Source: an uncultured Defluviicoccus sp.
Lineage (GTDB): Bacteria; Pseudomonadota; Alphaproteobacteria; Rhodospirillales; Defluviicoccaceae
Reading direction: 5' to 3'
Length of the DNA: 64,000 nt
Assembly (NCBI GenBank): GCA_964401555.1
Contig: CAYNYW010000007.1
Location: 64,201 to 128,200, forward strand
Part shown: one piece after another, positions 47,159 to 56,490 of the stretch
Layout: every line of letters starts with the position of its first letter
Numbering within the stretch: position 1 is the stretch's first letter
The notes under the pieces: generated by a model
What the model saw: only the letters and a program-made list of their open reading frames with translations
Databases searched by the model: none
What the model was told of the DNA's origin: nothing
Position numbers and translations under genes: made by a program

Positions 47159-48421
47159 CTAGGTGGCCGCGAACGTGTGCGGGGGCAAAGTGGCCAGGGT
47201 AAAAATCTCCTGGCGGGCGCGCACACCGCGCAACGTATGATGCCCCAGCGAAGTTGCGTCCTGTGGCACCGCGCGTGCGAAAATCTCTGAAAAAAGAAGG
47301 GGCTTGTGGAGGGTCTTGCACAGGTCCTCGATCCGAGCCGCCTCGTTGACGGCCGGGCCGATCACCGTGAATTCCAGGCGCTCCGGGGCGCCGACGTTGC
47401 CGTACAGAACGGCGCCGATATGCAAGCCGATACCAAACGCGATGGGCGTCTCTCCACGGCCGGCACGGGCCTCATTGATGGCATCGAGCCGGGACAATGC
47501 ATCGCGGGCAGCAGCGAGCGCACGTTCGGCCACCTGTCGCTTCCCGGTACCGCCGTCGTCTGGTTCGCCGCCGATCGGGAAAATGGCAAGTGCCGCATCG
47601 CCGATGAAGCGGAGCACTTCGCCGCCGTGGTCGAGGACGGCACCGGCAATGGCACCGAAGTACGCATCGAGAATGGCGAGAAATTCGCCGCGCGGCAGGG
47701 TGTCGGCGAGCGTCGTCGAGTCACGAAGGTCCGAAAACCAGATGACGCAGAAGATGTCGCTGCCGTCTCCACGCCGGATCAACCCCTGCAGGACGCGCTC
47801 CCCGGTTTGTCGGCCGAGATAAGTCTCCAGGATGGTACGTGCCGTTCTTCTCAGTGCGTGCACCTCGTACAGTCGTGCCAGCACCGGCAAAGCCTCGTCG
47901 ATCGTCTGCAACGCGCGCGAGGCGAAACCGCCGGGACGGTCACTCGCCAACGAAATGGCATTGATCTTGCCGTCGGAAAACACCAACGGCATCGCCACAT
48001 AGTCGGTCGCCCCCTCGGCCTTGAGATCGGCGAGGACGGGGAAATCGCACACGACCGCCTCGCCTTCGAGGCGACGGCGGATGGCGCCCGCGCCTTCGAA
48101 CAGCGCGGCATAGGGGCTCTTCAGGAAGCGGTCTTCCGTGATGACGTCGTGCGGCGGCAGGATTTCCTCGACCTCGCCGATGTCGCGTTTCCAGGCATAA
48201 GCCGTGCCGAGGAATTGCGGGTGCAGCGTGCGGATCAACACCCGCAGCCGGTACAGCGGAATGCCGGCCGCATTGCAGAACATGCCGAAGCGCCGCGTCA
48301 GCTGCCGGGGGCACGTAATGTTCCAGCCCTCGTCCAGCAGCCAGGCAACGACCGGGTTGCGGCCGATAGACGCCATCGGGATTGCCGCGAACTCCGCCGA
48401 GGCCGCCTCCGCTTCGATCAT
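47159..48421 (-). CDS. class III adenylate/guanylate cyclase domain protein with about 200-aa uncharacterised N-terminal domain
   Basis: Shows VIWFSDLRDSTTLA, GGEVLRFIGDAALAIF, GIGLHIGAVLYGNVG and FTVIGPAVNEAARIE. The ORF track start at 48457 is TTG; the ATG at 48421 (MIEAEAAS) is preferred. Confidence 0.8.
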   Translation of the reverse strand: MIEAEAASAEFAAIPMASIGRNPVVAWLLDEGWNITCPRQLTRRFGMFCNAAGIPLYRLRVLIRTLHPQFLGTAYAWKRDIGEVEEILPPHDVITEDRFLKSPYAALFEGAGAIRRRLEGEAVVCDFPVLADLKAEGATDYVAMPLVFSDGKINAISLASDRPGGFASRALQTIDEALPVLARLYEVHALRRTARTILETYLGRQTGERVLQGLIRRGDGSDIFCVIWFSDLRDSTTLADTLPRGEFLAILDAYFGAIAGAVLDHGGEVLRFIGDAALAIFPIGGEPDDGGTGKRQVAERALAAARDALSRLDAINEARAGRGETPIAFGIGLHIGAVLYGNVGAPERLEFTVIGPAVNEAARIEDLCKTLHKPLLFSEIFARAVPQDATSLGHHTLRGVRARQEIFTLATLPPHTFAAT

Positions 48422-48470
48422 GGCGGAGAAGTAAGAGCGCGACAGGGCGCAATGCAAGCGCCGGCTCAGC

Positions 48471-48537
48471 GTCCCCCTGTACCATGGTCCCCCTGCACCA
48501 TGCGTCCCCCTGCACCATGCGTCCCCCCTGTAACAGG
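48471..48537. repeat. 17-bp tandem repeat, about 4 copies (gtccccctgcaccatgc), in the divergent cyclase/amidohydrolase intergenic region
   Basis: Two perfect central copies at 48487-48503 and 48504-48520. They are flanked by degenerate copies at 48471-48486 and 48521-48537. Confidence 0.95.
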
Positions 48538-48598
48538 ACCAGGCGCACCCAACATCAGGGACGAGACGAAACCACCGCAGGCAGGGAGGCTATCAAGC

Positions 48599-49759
48599 AT
48601 GGCTGTGATCGCCGAGATCGCGAAACTACACGGCGAAATGATCGCATGGCGGCATCATCTGCATGCGCATCCGGAAACGGCCTTCGAGGAGCACGCGACC
48701 GCCGATTTCGTCGCCGATCGTCTGGCGTCGTTCGGGATCGAGGTCGATCGCGGCCTCGGCGGCACCGGGATCGTCGGAACGCTGCGCCGTGGTGCGGGCC
48801 CCGCCATCGGCCTGCGCGCCGATCTCGACGCGCTGCCGATCGAAGAGGAAACGGACGTGGCCTACCGTTCCTGCCACCGCGGCAAGATGCACGCCTGCGG
48901 TCATGACGGACATACCGCCATGCTGCTGGGCGCCGCCCGCTATCTGGCCACCAGTGGCCGGTTTGCGGGCAGCGTGCATTTCATTTTCCAGCCGGCGGAG
49001 GAGAACGAAGGCGGTGGCCGCGTCATGGTCGAGCAGGGCCTGTTCGAGCGCTTTCCGGTGCACAGCGTGTATGGCATGCACAACTGGCCGGGGATGCCGG
49101 CCGGCATGTTCGCGGTACGCGCCGGCCCGATGATGGCGGCATGCGACTGTTTCGAGATCGTCGTGCGCGGCCGGGGCGGACATGGCGCCATGCCGCACTT
49201 GAGCGACGACACCGTGGTTGCCGCCGCCGCCATCGTCGGCGCGGTGCAGACGGTGGTCAGCCGATCGATCGAGCCCATCGAGCCCGCCGTGATCTCCGTC
49301 ACCCAGATCCATGCCGGCGACACCTGGAACGTCATTCCCGAAACCGCCGTGCTGCGCGGCACCGTGCGCAGCTTCAGCCCCGACGTTCAAGGCCGCATCG
49401 AGGCCGCTCTGTCGGGCATTGCCGAAAACATCGCCGCCGCGCACGGCTGCCACGCGGACGTTCGCTACCAGCGCCAGTATCCGGCCACCGTCAATAGCCC
49501 CGCCGAAAGCGACCTCGCCGCCGCCGCCGCCGCCCGCGTCGTCGGCCCCGACCATGTCGTGCGCAACCCGCCGCCGACCATGGGCTCCGAGGATTTCGCC
49601 TTCATGCTGCAGGCACGCCCCGGCTGCTACGTCTGGATCGGGGGTGGCCGCGGTTCCGACGGCCCGTCGCTGCACTCGCCACGCTACGATTTCAACGACG
49701 ACATCCTGCCGGTCGGGGCGAGCTATTGGGCGGCGCTGGTCGAAACCGTGCTTGCCTGA
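48599..49759 (+). CDS. M20-family amidohydrolase (hippurate hydrolase/aminoacylase-like)
   Basis: Only the last 386 aa of ORF 47306..49759 are protein-like: MAVIAEIAKLHGEMIAWRHHLHAHPETAFEE, HACGHDGHTAMLLGAA, FQPAEE and GSEDFAFM. Confidence 0.85.
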   Translation: MAVIAEIAKLHGEMIAWRHHLHAHPETAFEEHATADFVADRLASFGIEVDRGLGGTGIVGTLRRGAGPAIGLRADLDALPIEEETDVAYRSCHRGKMHACGHDGHTAMLLGAARYLATSGRFAGSVHFIFQPAEENEGGGRVMVEQGLFERFPVHSVYGMHNWPGMPAGMFAVRAGPMMAACDCFEIVVRGRGGHGAMPHLSDDTVVAAAAIVGAVQTVVSRSIEPIEPAVISVTQIHAGDTWNVIPETAVLRGTVRSFSPDVQGRIEAALSGIAENIAAAHGCHADVRYQRQYPATVNSPAESDLAAAAAARVVGPDHVVRNPPPTMGSEDFAFMLQARPGCYVWIGGGRGSDGPSLHSPRYDFNDDILPVGASYWAALVETVLA

Positions 49760-49988
49760 TGCGATGGTGCGATTGACAACGCCTCCGGCAGTCGTTCGCG
49801 CCGCAACGCGTTACCGCCTTGCCGCAAAAATGTTTTGGCGATGATCCGCCATTTATTGCGGCGCAACAACCCTGCGCAAACCTTTTCCTAACTCGAAAAT
49901 CGAATATATTCGTTGGTATCAGCTTCACCGTCAGCGGCCACGGCTTGCGGCAGGGTGCGCAAACCGGGCACGAGGAACGCAAGGCGCC

Positions 49989-50333
49989 ATGAGCCGACCC
50001 GACAAGCGGAACGCCGACGGCACGCCAACGACCGGGGTTACGACCAAGGTCCGGACGCGAACGAAGAAGCCTTCGATGTACAAGGTGTTGATGCTCAATG
50101 ACGATTACACGCCGATGGAGTTCGTCGTGCATGTGCTGGAGCGCTTCTTCGCCAAGAGCCACGAGGACGCGGTCCGCATCATGCTCCACGTGCACCATCG
50201 AGGGGTGGGCGTCTGCGGCGTCTTCACGTATGAAGTGGCGGAGACCAAGGTCAGTCAGGTAATGGATCTGGCGCGACAGCACCAGCACCCGTTACAGTGC
50301 ACGATCGAGAAGGATAGTGGCGACAGCGAATAG
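49989..50333 (+). CDS. clpS: ATP-dependent Clp protease adaptor ClpS
   Basis: Shows [29 protein letters not shown] and [20 protein letters not shown]. Confidence 0.9.
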   Translation: MSRPDKRNADGTPTTGVTTKVRTRTKKPSMYKVLMLNDDYTPMEFVVHVLERFFAKSHEDAVRIMLHVHHRGVGVCGVFTYEVAETKVSQVMDLARQHQHPLQCTIEKDSGDSE

Positions 50334-50341
50334 GTGACGCG

Positions 50342-52654
50342 GTGTTGTCGAGAAACCTAGAGCAGACCCTGCATCGGGCGTTGGCGTGCGCGACGGAGCG
50401 GCGCCACGAGTACGCAACCCTCGAACACCTTCTGTTGGCGTTGACCGAAGACCAGGACGCGGTACCGGTGCTGCGTGCCTGCGGTGTCGATGTGGCGCAG
50501 TTGCGCCGCGAGATTACCAACTTCGTCGATGTCGAGCTGCAAAACCTCAAGACCGCGCTGGTCTCCGATCCGAAACCGACGGCCAGCTTCCAGCGCGTCG
50601 TGCAGCGCTCGGTCATCCACGTCCAGTCGTCGGGCCGGGACGAGGTGACCGGCGCCAATGTCCTGGTGGCGATTTTCTCCGAGCGCGAGTCGCATGCGGT
50701 CTATTTCTTGCAAATGCAGGACATGACCCGCCTCGACGCGGTCAACTACATCGCGCACGGCATCGCCAAGGTGCCGGGCGAGGGCAGACGGCGCACCGTC
50801 CACGGCGCCGACGAAGAGGCGAGTTCGGAAAAGGTGGTGCGTAAGGGGCACGAGTCCTTGGAAAGCTACTGCGTCGATCTCAACCGCAAGGCCAGGGATG
50901 GGCGGATCGACCCGCTGATCGGCCGTGAGCTTGAGATCGAACGGACGATCCAGATCCTTTGCCGGCGCAACAAGAACAACCCGTTGTTCGTCGGCGACCC
51001 CGGCGTCGGCAAGACCGCGCTCGCCGAAGGGCTCGCTTGGCGCATCGTGCGCGGTGAGGTGCCGGATATCCTCAAAGGCGCCACCATCTATTCGCTCGAC
51101 ATGGGCTCCCTGCTCGCCGGCACCCGCTACCGTGGCGATTTCGAGGAGCGGCTGAAGAACGTCATCGCCGAACTCGAAGCGATCGAGGGCGCAATCCTGT
51201 TCATCGACGAGATTCACACCGTCGTTGGCGCCGGCGCCACCTCGGGCGGCTCGATGGATGCGTCCAACATCCTGAAGCCATCGCTCGCCCAGGGCACGCT
51301 GCGCTGCATGGGCTCGACCACCTACAAGGAGTACCGCAACCACTTCGAGAAGGATCGGGCGCTGGTACGCCGCTTCCAGAAGATCGACGTCTACGAGCCG
51401 TCGCTGGACGACAGCGTCAAGATCCTCCAGGGGCTCAAGTCCTGCTTCGAGAGCCACCACAACGTCCGCTACACGTCGGAGGCACTGCGCGCCGCCGTTG
51501 ATCTTTCGGCGCGCTTCATCAACGACCGCAAGCTGCCCGACAAGGCGATCGACGTCATCGACGAGGTCGGCGCCGCGCGCATGCTGTTGCCGGCCAACAA
51601 GCGGCGCACCATCGTCACCGTGCGCGACGTCGAGGAGGTGGTCGCCAAGATCGCGCGCATTCCGCCCAAGAGCGTCTCCACCGACGACCGCAAGGCGCTG
51701 CAGAGCCTGGAACGCGACCTCAAGACCGTCGTCTTCGGCCAGGACAAGGCGATCGAGGCGCTGGCGAGCGCGATCAAGCTGGCACGCGCGGGTTTGCGCG
51801 AGCCGGAGAAGCCCATCGGCTGCTACCTGTTCTCCGGCCCGACCGGTGTCGGCAAGACCGAGGTTGCCCGCCAGCTTGCCCATATTTTAGGCATCGAGCT
51901 GGTGCGTTTCGACATGTCCGAGTACATGGAGCGGCACTCGGTCTCGCGGTTGATCGGCGCACCGCCCGGCTACGTCGGCTTCGACCAGGGCGGACTGCTG
52001 ACCGATGCCATGGACAAGCAGCCGCATGCCGTGTTGTTGCTCGACGAGATCGAGAAGGCGCATCCCGATCTGTTCAATATTCTGTTGCAGATCATGGACC
52101 ACGGCAAGCTCACCGACCACAACGGCAAGAGCGTCGACTTCCGCAACGTGATCCTGATCATGACCACCAACGCCGGCGCCGCCGAGTTGGCCAAGCCGGC
52201 CATCGGCTTCGAGCGCGAGGCGCGGGTCGGCGACGACACCGAGGCAATCGAGCGGATGTTCACGCCGGAGTTCCGCAACCGCCTCGACGCCACCATCGCG
52301 TTCGCCAGCCTGTCGTCGGAAGTGGTGCAGCTGGTGGTCGACAAGTTCGTGATGCAGCTCGAAGCCCAGCTCGCCGACCGCCAGGTGACCATCGAGCTGT
52401 CCGACGAGGCGCGCGCCTGGCTCGCCACGCGCGGCTATGACCAGCGTTTCGGCGCGCGGCCGCTGGGCCGCGTCATCCAGGAGCACATCAAGAAGCCGCT
52501 GGCCGAGGAACTCTTGTTCGGCAAGCTCGCCAAGGGTGGCATCGTCCGCGTCACCGTCGTCGACGACAAGCCGGCGTTCGAATACCCCGAGCCGGCCGCG
52601 CTGCCGCCGCCCGGTGGCAAGGGCAAACCCCGCCAGCTCCTCCCGGCCCGGTAG
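50342..52654 (+). CDS. clpA: ATP-dependent Clp protease ATP-binding subunit ClpA
   Basis: Begins MLSRNLEQTLHRAL. Two AAA+ modules: GDPGVGKTA with ILFIDEIH, and GPTGVGKTE with VLLLDEIEKAH. Also shows GARPLGRVIQ. Confidence 0.92.
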   Translation: MLSRNLEQTLHRALACATERRHEYATLEHLLLALTEDQDAVPVLRACGVDVAQLRREITNFVDVELQNLKTALVSDPKPTASFQRVVQRSVIHVQSSGRDEVTGANVLVAIFSERESHAVYFLQMQDMTRLDAVNYIAHGIAKVPGEGRRRTVHGADEEASSEKVVRKGHESLESYCVDLNRKARDGRIDPLIGRELEIERTIQILCRRNKNNPLFVGDPGVGKTALAEGLAWRIVRGEVPDILKGATIYSLDMGSLLAGTRYRGDFEERLKNVIAELEAIEGAILFIDEIHTVVGAGATSGGSMDASNILKPSLAQGTLRCMGSTTYKEYRNHFEKDRALVRRFQKIDVYEPSLDDSVKILQGLKSCFESHHNVRYTSEALRAAVDLSARFINDRKLPDKAIDVIDEVGAARMLLPANKRRTIVTVRDVEEVVAKIARIPPKSVSTDDRKALQSLERDLKTVVFGQDKAIEALASAIKLARAGLREPEKPIGCYLFSGPTGVGKTEVARQLAHILGIELVRFDMSEYMERHSVSRLIGAPPGYVGFDQGGLLTDAMDKQPHAVLLLDEIEKAHPDLFNILLQIMDHGKLTDHNGKSVDFRNVILIMTTNAGAAELAKPAIGFEREARVGDDTEAIERMFTPEFRNRLDATIAFASLSSEVVQLVVDKFVMQLEAQLADRQVTIELSDEARAWLATRGYDQRFGARPLGRVIQEHIKKPLAEELLFGKLAKGGIVRVTVVDDKPAFEYPEPAALPPPGGKGKPRQLLPAR

Positions 52655-52745
52655 GGAGGGGGCGGGCAAGCCGCAAGTGGCGCAGGCCCTTAGCCGACGC
52701 TTTTTGCGGGGCGAGTGATCGAGCTTGGCCGATACTCGATCGCAT

Positions 52746-53888
52746 TCAGGCAAAGATGAACCGGCTTCCCGTATAGGAGCGGAGCACTTTGCTCGGCATT
52801 TCGGCCTTGGCGATCTCGTAGAATGGCTCGCCCGTGCAGTGCAACGGGATGACGTAGTCGATGTCCATCTCCCGCATGGTTCTGATCGTCTCACGCACGT
52901 AGTCCTCCTTGTACGGCGCGAGGTGGAACCCGCCGATGACGGCGTGCACTTTTTTCACACCCGAAACCACCTGGGCCTGCTTGATCGCGTTGACCACGCC
53001 GCGATGGCTGCATGACGTCAGCACCACGAGTCCCCGTTTTTTCACATGGAAGGCCATGCCGATCTCGTGGCGGAACATGTCGGGAACAACCACCTTCGCA
53101 CGCTCTTCCTCGCTGAATTGGTCGGGATAGCAGCCGAGGCCGTCTACCATGCCGATGGTCATGGCAGACGGGGACAGCACCTTCTCGAAGCTCGTCAGTC
53201 CGATCTGGCCAGGAGTGAAGGCATGACCGGCAATGCGGGCTGGTCCCGCGGCAAAGGTCACCGCCACGTCGGCGGTTTCCAGCGCCCTGCGGTCCAGCGC
53301 CCCGAAATCGCCACGGACCGGCGGCGCCGTCCACTCCCGCGCGCAGAAGCACTCCTCCCCGCCGACGTAGAGCGGCAGCATGGCCTTGCGTCTGCCCGCC
53401 GTCTCCTGCACGAATCCCACGAGACCGCCGAAATGATCATAGTGGCCATGGCTCAGCACCAGTGCGTCGAGCTTCGCCGGATCAATGCCCAGAAGTTCGA
53501 TGTTGTTGACCAGCGCCCCCGGCGTGAAGCCGAAATCCATCAAGATGTTTTGCGTTTCGGTGCCGCGCCGGGATTCCGCGAGCATTGAGAGGCCAAATTC
53601 GCTGATCAGCGTCTTGCCGGGCGGTTGGTCGGGCGCGATGCCCCAGCCAAAGTGTTCGATATGGACATCGCCAACGGTCTTGCCCGGGGCGACGGCGAAC
53701 TGATAACTGTCGACCACGACCCGTACCGACAAGTGGTCGACTTCGGGGACCGGGCCACTGATCCCTTGGGCCCTCAGCGGCCTCGATCCGCCGAGGAGAG
53801 CTAATACCATCGCGGCCAACGCGGCGGCGGCGCCACTGCACAGCACGTCGCGCCGGTTGAGATGCTCGTCTCGAATTTCGAGTGACAT
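52746..53888 (-). CDS. MBL-fold metallo-hydrolase with Tat-type signal peptide
   Basis: Shows NRRDVLCSGAAAALAAM, the metallo-beta-lactamase motif LSHGHYDHFGG, and later SCSHRG and IPLHCTG. Confidence 0.75.
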   Translation of the reverse strand: MSLEIRDEHLNRRDVLCSGAAAALAAMVLALLGGSRPLRAQGISGPVPEVDHLSVRVVVDSYQFAVAPGKTVGDVHIEHFGWGIAPDQPPGKTLISEFGLSMLAESRRGTETQNILMDFGFTPGALVNNIELLGIDPAKLDALVLSHGHYDHFGGLVGFVQETAGRRKAMLPLYVGGEECFCAREWTAPPVRGDFGALDRRALETADVAVTFAAGPARIAGHAFTPGQIGLTSFEKVLSPSAMTIGMVDGLGCYPDQFSEEERAKVVVPDMFRHEIGMAFHVKKRGLVVLTSCSHRGVVNAIKQAQVVSGVKKVHAVIGGFHLAPYKEDYVRETIRTMREMDIDYVIPLHCTGEPFYEIAKAEMPSKVLRSYTGSRFIFA

Positions 53889-54072
53889 GCTGCCGCGCCT
53901 CCCAGCGTCTGCTTCGTACCTGGAGGGCAACGCTTCGCTCACGCATCGCAACTGCACGTCTAAGTTGGAGCGCGCCGCCAAGTAACGTTACGCCGAATCC
54001 AACTTCGCAAATTACAATCATATCAAGTTGGTCCGCCCATGTCACACGGATTGCGGAGGCGCGGAACCTGCG

Positions 54073-54134
54073 TCGAGATCATCTTCGACCAGCCGGCGTT
54101 CGAGCACCCGCAGCCGACGGCGCTGCCGCTCCCC
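54073..54134 (+). pseudogene. relic copy of the clpA 3'-terminal coding sequence
   Basis: Ungapped, in-frame alignment to clpA 52551-52612 gives 46/62 nt identical by my count, and 36/44 over 52569-52612 vs 54091-54134. At peptide level, EIIFDQPAFEHPQPTALPLP aligns with TVVDDKPAFEYPEPAALPPP. Confidence 0.6.
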
Positions 54135-54260
54135 AGCCGGCCCGCGCCCGCGTTTTCCCTTGATTCGGGTGGCGTCGCGGGTAGTGTTCGCCTGCGCAGG
54201 CGCCGCCACGTCGCCGCGCGCTAACGTCGTTTGCGACAAGCCGTTTTCCCGGGAGGATTG

Positions 54261-56291
54261 GTGATCGTGAGAGAACCCGCCGCGCCACGCTGCGCCGCCA
54301 TCGTTGGCCCGTATCTGTCGGGCAAGACCTCGCTCCTGGAGAGCATCCTGGCCTACACCGGCGCCATCGGCCGGCGCGGCAGCGTGAAGGAGGGCAACAC
54401 CGCGGGCGATGGTTCGGCCGAGGCGCGCGCCCGGCAGATGTCGACCGAGGTCAACGTCGCCACCACCGAGTATCTGGGCGAGACGTGGACCTTCCTCGAC
54501 TGCCCCGGCTCGATCGAACTGATCCAAGAAGCGTACAACACGCTGATGGTGGTCGATGTCGCCGTCGTCGTCTGCGAGCCGGAGCCGCAGAAGGCGCTCA
54601 CGCTCGCTCCACTGCTGCGCTTCCTCGACGCCCGCAAGATCCCGCACTTGATCTTCATCAACAAGATGGATCTGGGCATCGGCAGCATCCGCGAGACGCT
54701 CGACGCCCTGCAGGCGCAGTCGACCCGGCCGCTGGTGCTGCGCGAGGTTCCGATCAGGGACGGCGACCATATCACCGGCTTCGTCGATCTGGTCTCGGAG
54801 CGCGCCTTTCGCTGGGCGCCGGGCCAGCGCTCGGAGCTGATCTCCGTGCCCGAGACGGTGGCCGGACGCAAGGAGGAGGCGCGCACCGGAATGCTGGAGG
54901 CGCTCGCCGATTTCGACGACGCGCTGCTCGAAAAGCTGCTCGAAGATGCCAAGCCGTCGGCCGACGAGATCTACCAGGGGCTGACCCGCGATCTGCACGA
55001 AGTGCTGGTGGTGCCGGTGTTCTTCGGCTCGGCCGACGCGATGCACGGCATCACCCGGCTGTTGAAGGCGCTGCGCCACGAGACGCCGGGCCCGGCGGAA
55101 ACGGCGGCGCGGCTCGGCATCGCGGCCGACGGCGAGCCGTGCGCGCGGGTGTTCAAGACCGTGCACGCGGCGCACGCCGGCAAACTCACCTATGCGCGCG
55201 TCTGGCGCGGCGAGATCACCGACGGCATGACACTCGGCGAGGACCGCATCAGCGGCGTCAATCGCGCGCTGGGGGCCAAGCTCGACAAGCAGCCGAAGGC
55301 GACGGCGGGCGAGGTGGTCGCCTTCGGCCGGCTCGAAGGTGCCGCCACCGGCGCGCTGCTCTCGCCGTCTGGCAAGGTGACCGGCGGTGACTGGCCCGAT
55401 CCCATGAAGCCTTTGTTCGCGCTCGCCGTCCAGCCGGCGCAACGCCAGGACGAAGTCAAGCTCACCGGCGCGCTCGCCCGGCTGACCGACGAGGACCCGT
55501 CGTTGTCGTTCACCCACAGCGCCGATACCGGCGAACTGCTGCTCTGGGGCCAGGGGGAAATGCAGCTCGCCATCGCAATCGATCGGCTGCGCAACCGCTT
55601 CAACATCCAGGTCGCCTCCCACCCGCCGCAGGTGCCGTACAAGGAGACGATCCGCGGCGCGGTCAGCCAGCACGCGCGGCACAAGAAGCAGTCGGGTGGG
55701 CACGGCGAATTCGGCGACGTGCATCTCGACATCAAGGCCGTGGCGCGCGGCGAGGGCTTCCAGTTCAACGAGCAGATCACCGGCGGCGTCGTGCCGCGCC
55801 AGTACATCCCGGCGGTCGAACTCGGCGTACGCGAGTACCTCAACCGCGGTCCCCTGGGTTTCCAGGTGGTCGATATCGCGGTGACGCTCACCGACGGCCA
55901 ATACCACACCGTCGATTCCTCCGACATGGCTTTCCGCCGCGCCGCCCAGCTCGCCATGAAGGAAGGAATGCCGAAGTGCACGCCCGTCCTTTTGGAGCCG
56001 ATCTTTCAGGTCAAGATCTCGCTGCCCAGTGAATACACCTCGCGCATGCAACGGGTCATTTCGGGGCGGCGCGGCCAGATCCTGGGCTTCGAGCCGCGCG
56101 CCGACTGGAATGGCTGGGACGAGGTGACGGTGCTCCTGCCGCAGTCCGAGATGCATGGCCTGATCGTCGATCTGCGCTCGGCGACGCTCGGCGTCGGCAC
56201 GTTTGAGTGGCAGTTCGATCATCTCCAGGAGCTGACCGGCCGGCTCGCCGACGATATCGTCGAGCGGCGCGCCCAGGTTCTTGCCGGCTAG
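54261..56291 (+). CDS. elongation factor G paralogue (divergent G motifs)
   Basis: Shows G1 GPYLSGKT, G3 LDCPGS and G4 INKMD. EF-G domains II-V are indicated by YARVWRGEI, GELLLWGQGEMQL, KKQSGGHGEFGDV and LLEPIFQVKI. Start uncertain (GTG at 54261 or 54267). Confidence 0.8.
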   Translation: MIVREPAAPRCAAIVGPYLSGKTSLLESILAYTGAIGRRGSVKEGNTAGDGSAEARARQMSTEVNVATTEYLGETWTFLDCPGSIELIQEAYNTLMVVDVAVVVCEPEPQKALTLAPLLRFLDARKIPHLIFINKMDLGIGSIRETLDALQAQSTRPLVLREVPIRDGDHITGFVDLVSERAFRWAPGQRSELISVPETVAGRKEEARTGMLEALADFDDALLEKLLEDAKPSADEIYQGLTRDLHEVLVVPVFFGSADAMHGITRLLKALRHETPGPAETAARLGIAADGEPCARVFKTVHAAHAGKLTYARVWRGEITDGMTLGEDRISGVNRALGAKLDKQPKATAGEVVAFGRLEGAATGALLSPSGKVTGGDWPDPMKPLFALAVQPAQRQDEVKLTGALARLTDEDPSLSFTHSADTGELLLWGQGEMQLAIAIDRLRNRFNIQVASHPPQVPYKETIRGAVSQHARHKKQSGGHGEFGDVHLDIKAVARGEGFQFNEQITGGVVPRQYIPAVELGVREYLNRGPLGFQVVDIAVTLTDGQYHTVDSSDMAFRRAAQLAMKEGMPKCTPVLLEPIFQVKISLPSEYTSRMQRVISGRRGQILGFEPRADWNGWDEVTVLLPQSEMHGLIVDLRSATLGVGTFEWQFDHLQELTGRLADDIVERRAQVLAG

Positions 56292-56490
56292 GGGGGCGCC
56301 GGGTAGGGCGCCGCCGGGCGGCCGGCGGGGTTATGCGCCCGGCGGGTGGGGTTGACGGCTGCGCGCCGATTGCGTACATGACCCGAGAGTGGCCGCCACG
56401 CGACGGCTGGCGCCCCTTCATCCCGAGACAAATGCCAAAAAGCCCGGCCGAGCAGGAGAACGTGCGCGAAATGCGGAAAGCGGCCGAGGC

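Noticed and set aside
47159-48421. Pycsar/CBASS-like cyclase defence system beside phage DNA.
   Set aside because: No co-oriented effector gene (TM, TIR, nuclease, patatin) follows the cyclase. The about 200-aa N-terminal domain plus cyclase architecture is common for housekeeping signalling cyclases in alphaproteobacteria.
44238-48537. Tandem repeats at 44238 and 48471 as possible CRISPR arrays.
   Set aside because: The units are 15-17 bp and directly adjacent, with no unique spacers. There are no cas genes in the window.
54039-54224. 61-aa ORF MSHGLRRRGTCVEIIFDQPAFEHPQPTALPLP... as a possible small gene.
   Set aside because: Its only meaningful content is the similarity to the ClpA C-terminus. 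It is better explained as a relic fragment (reported as a pseudogene) than as a functional small protein.
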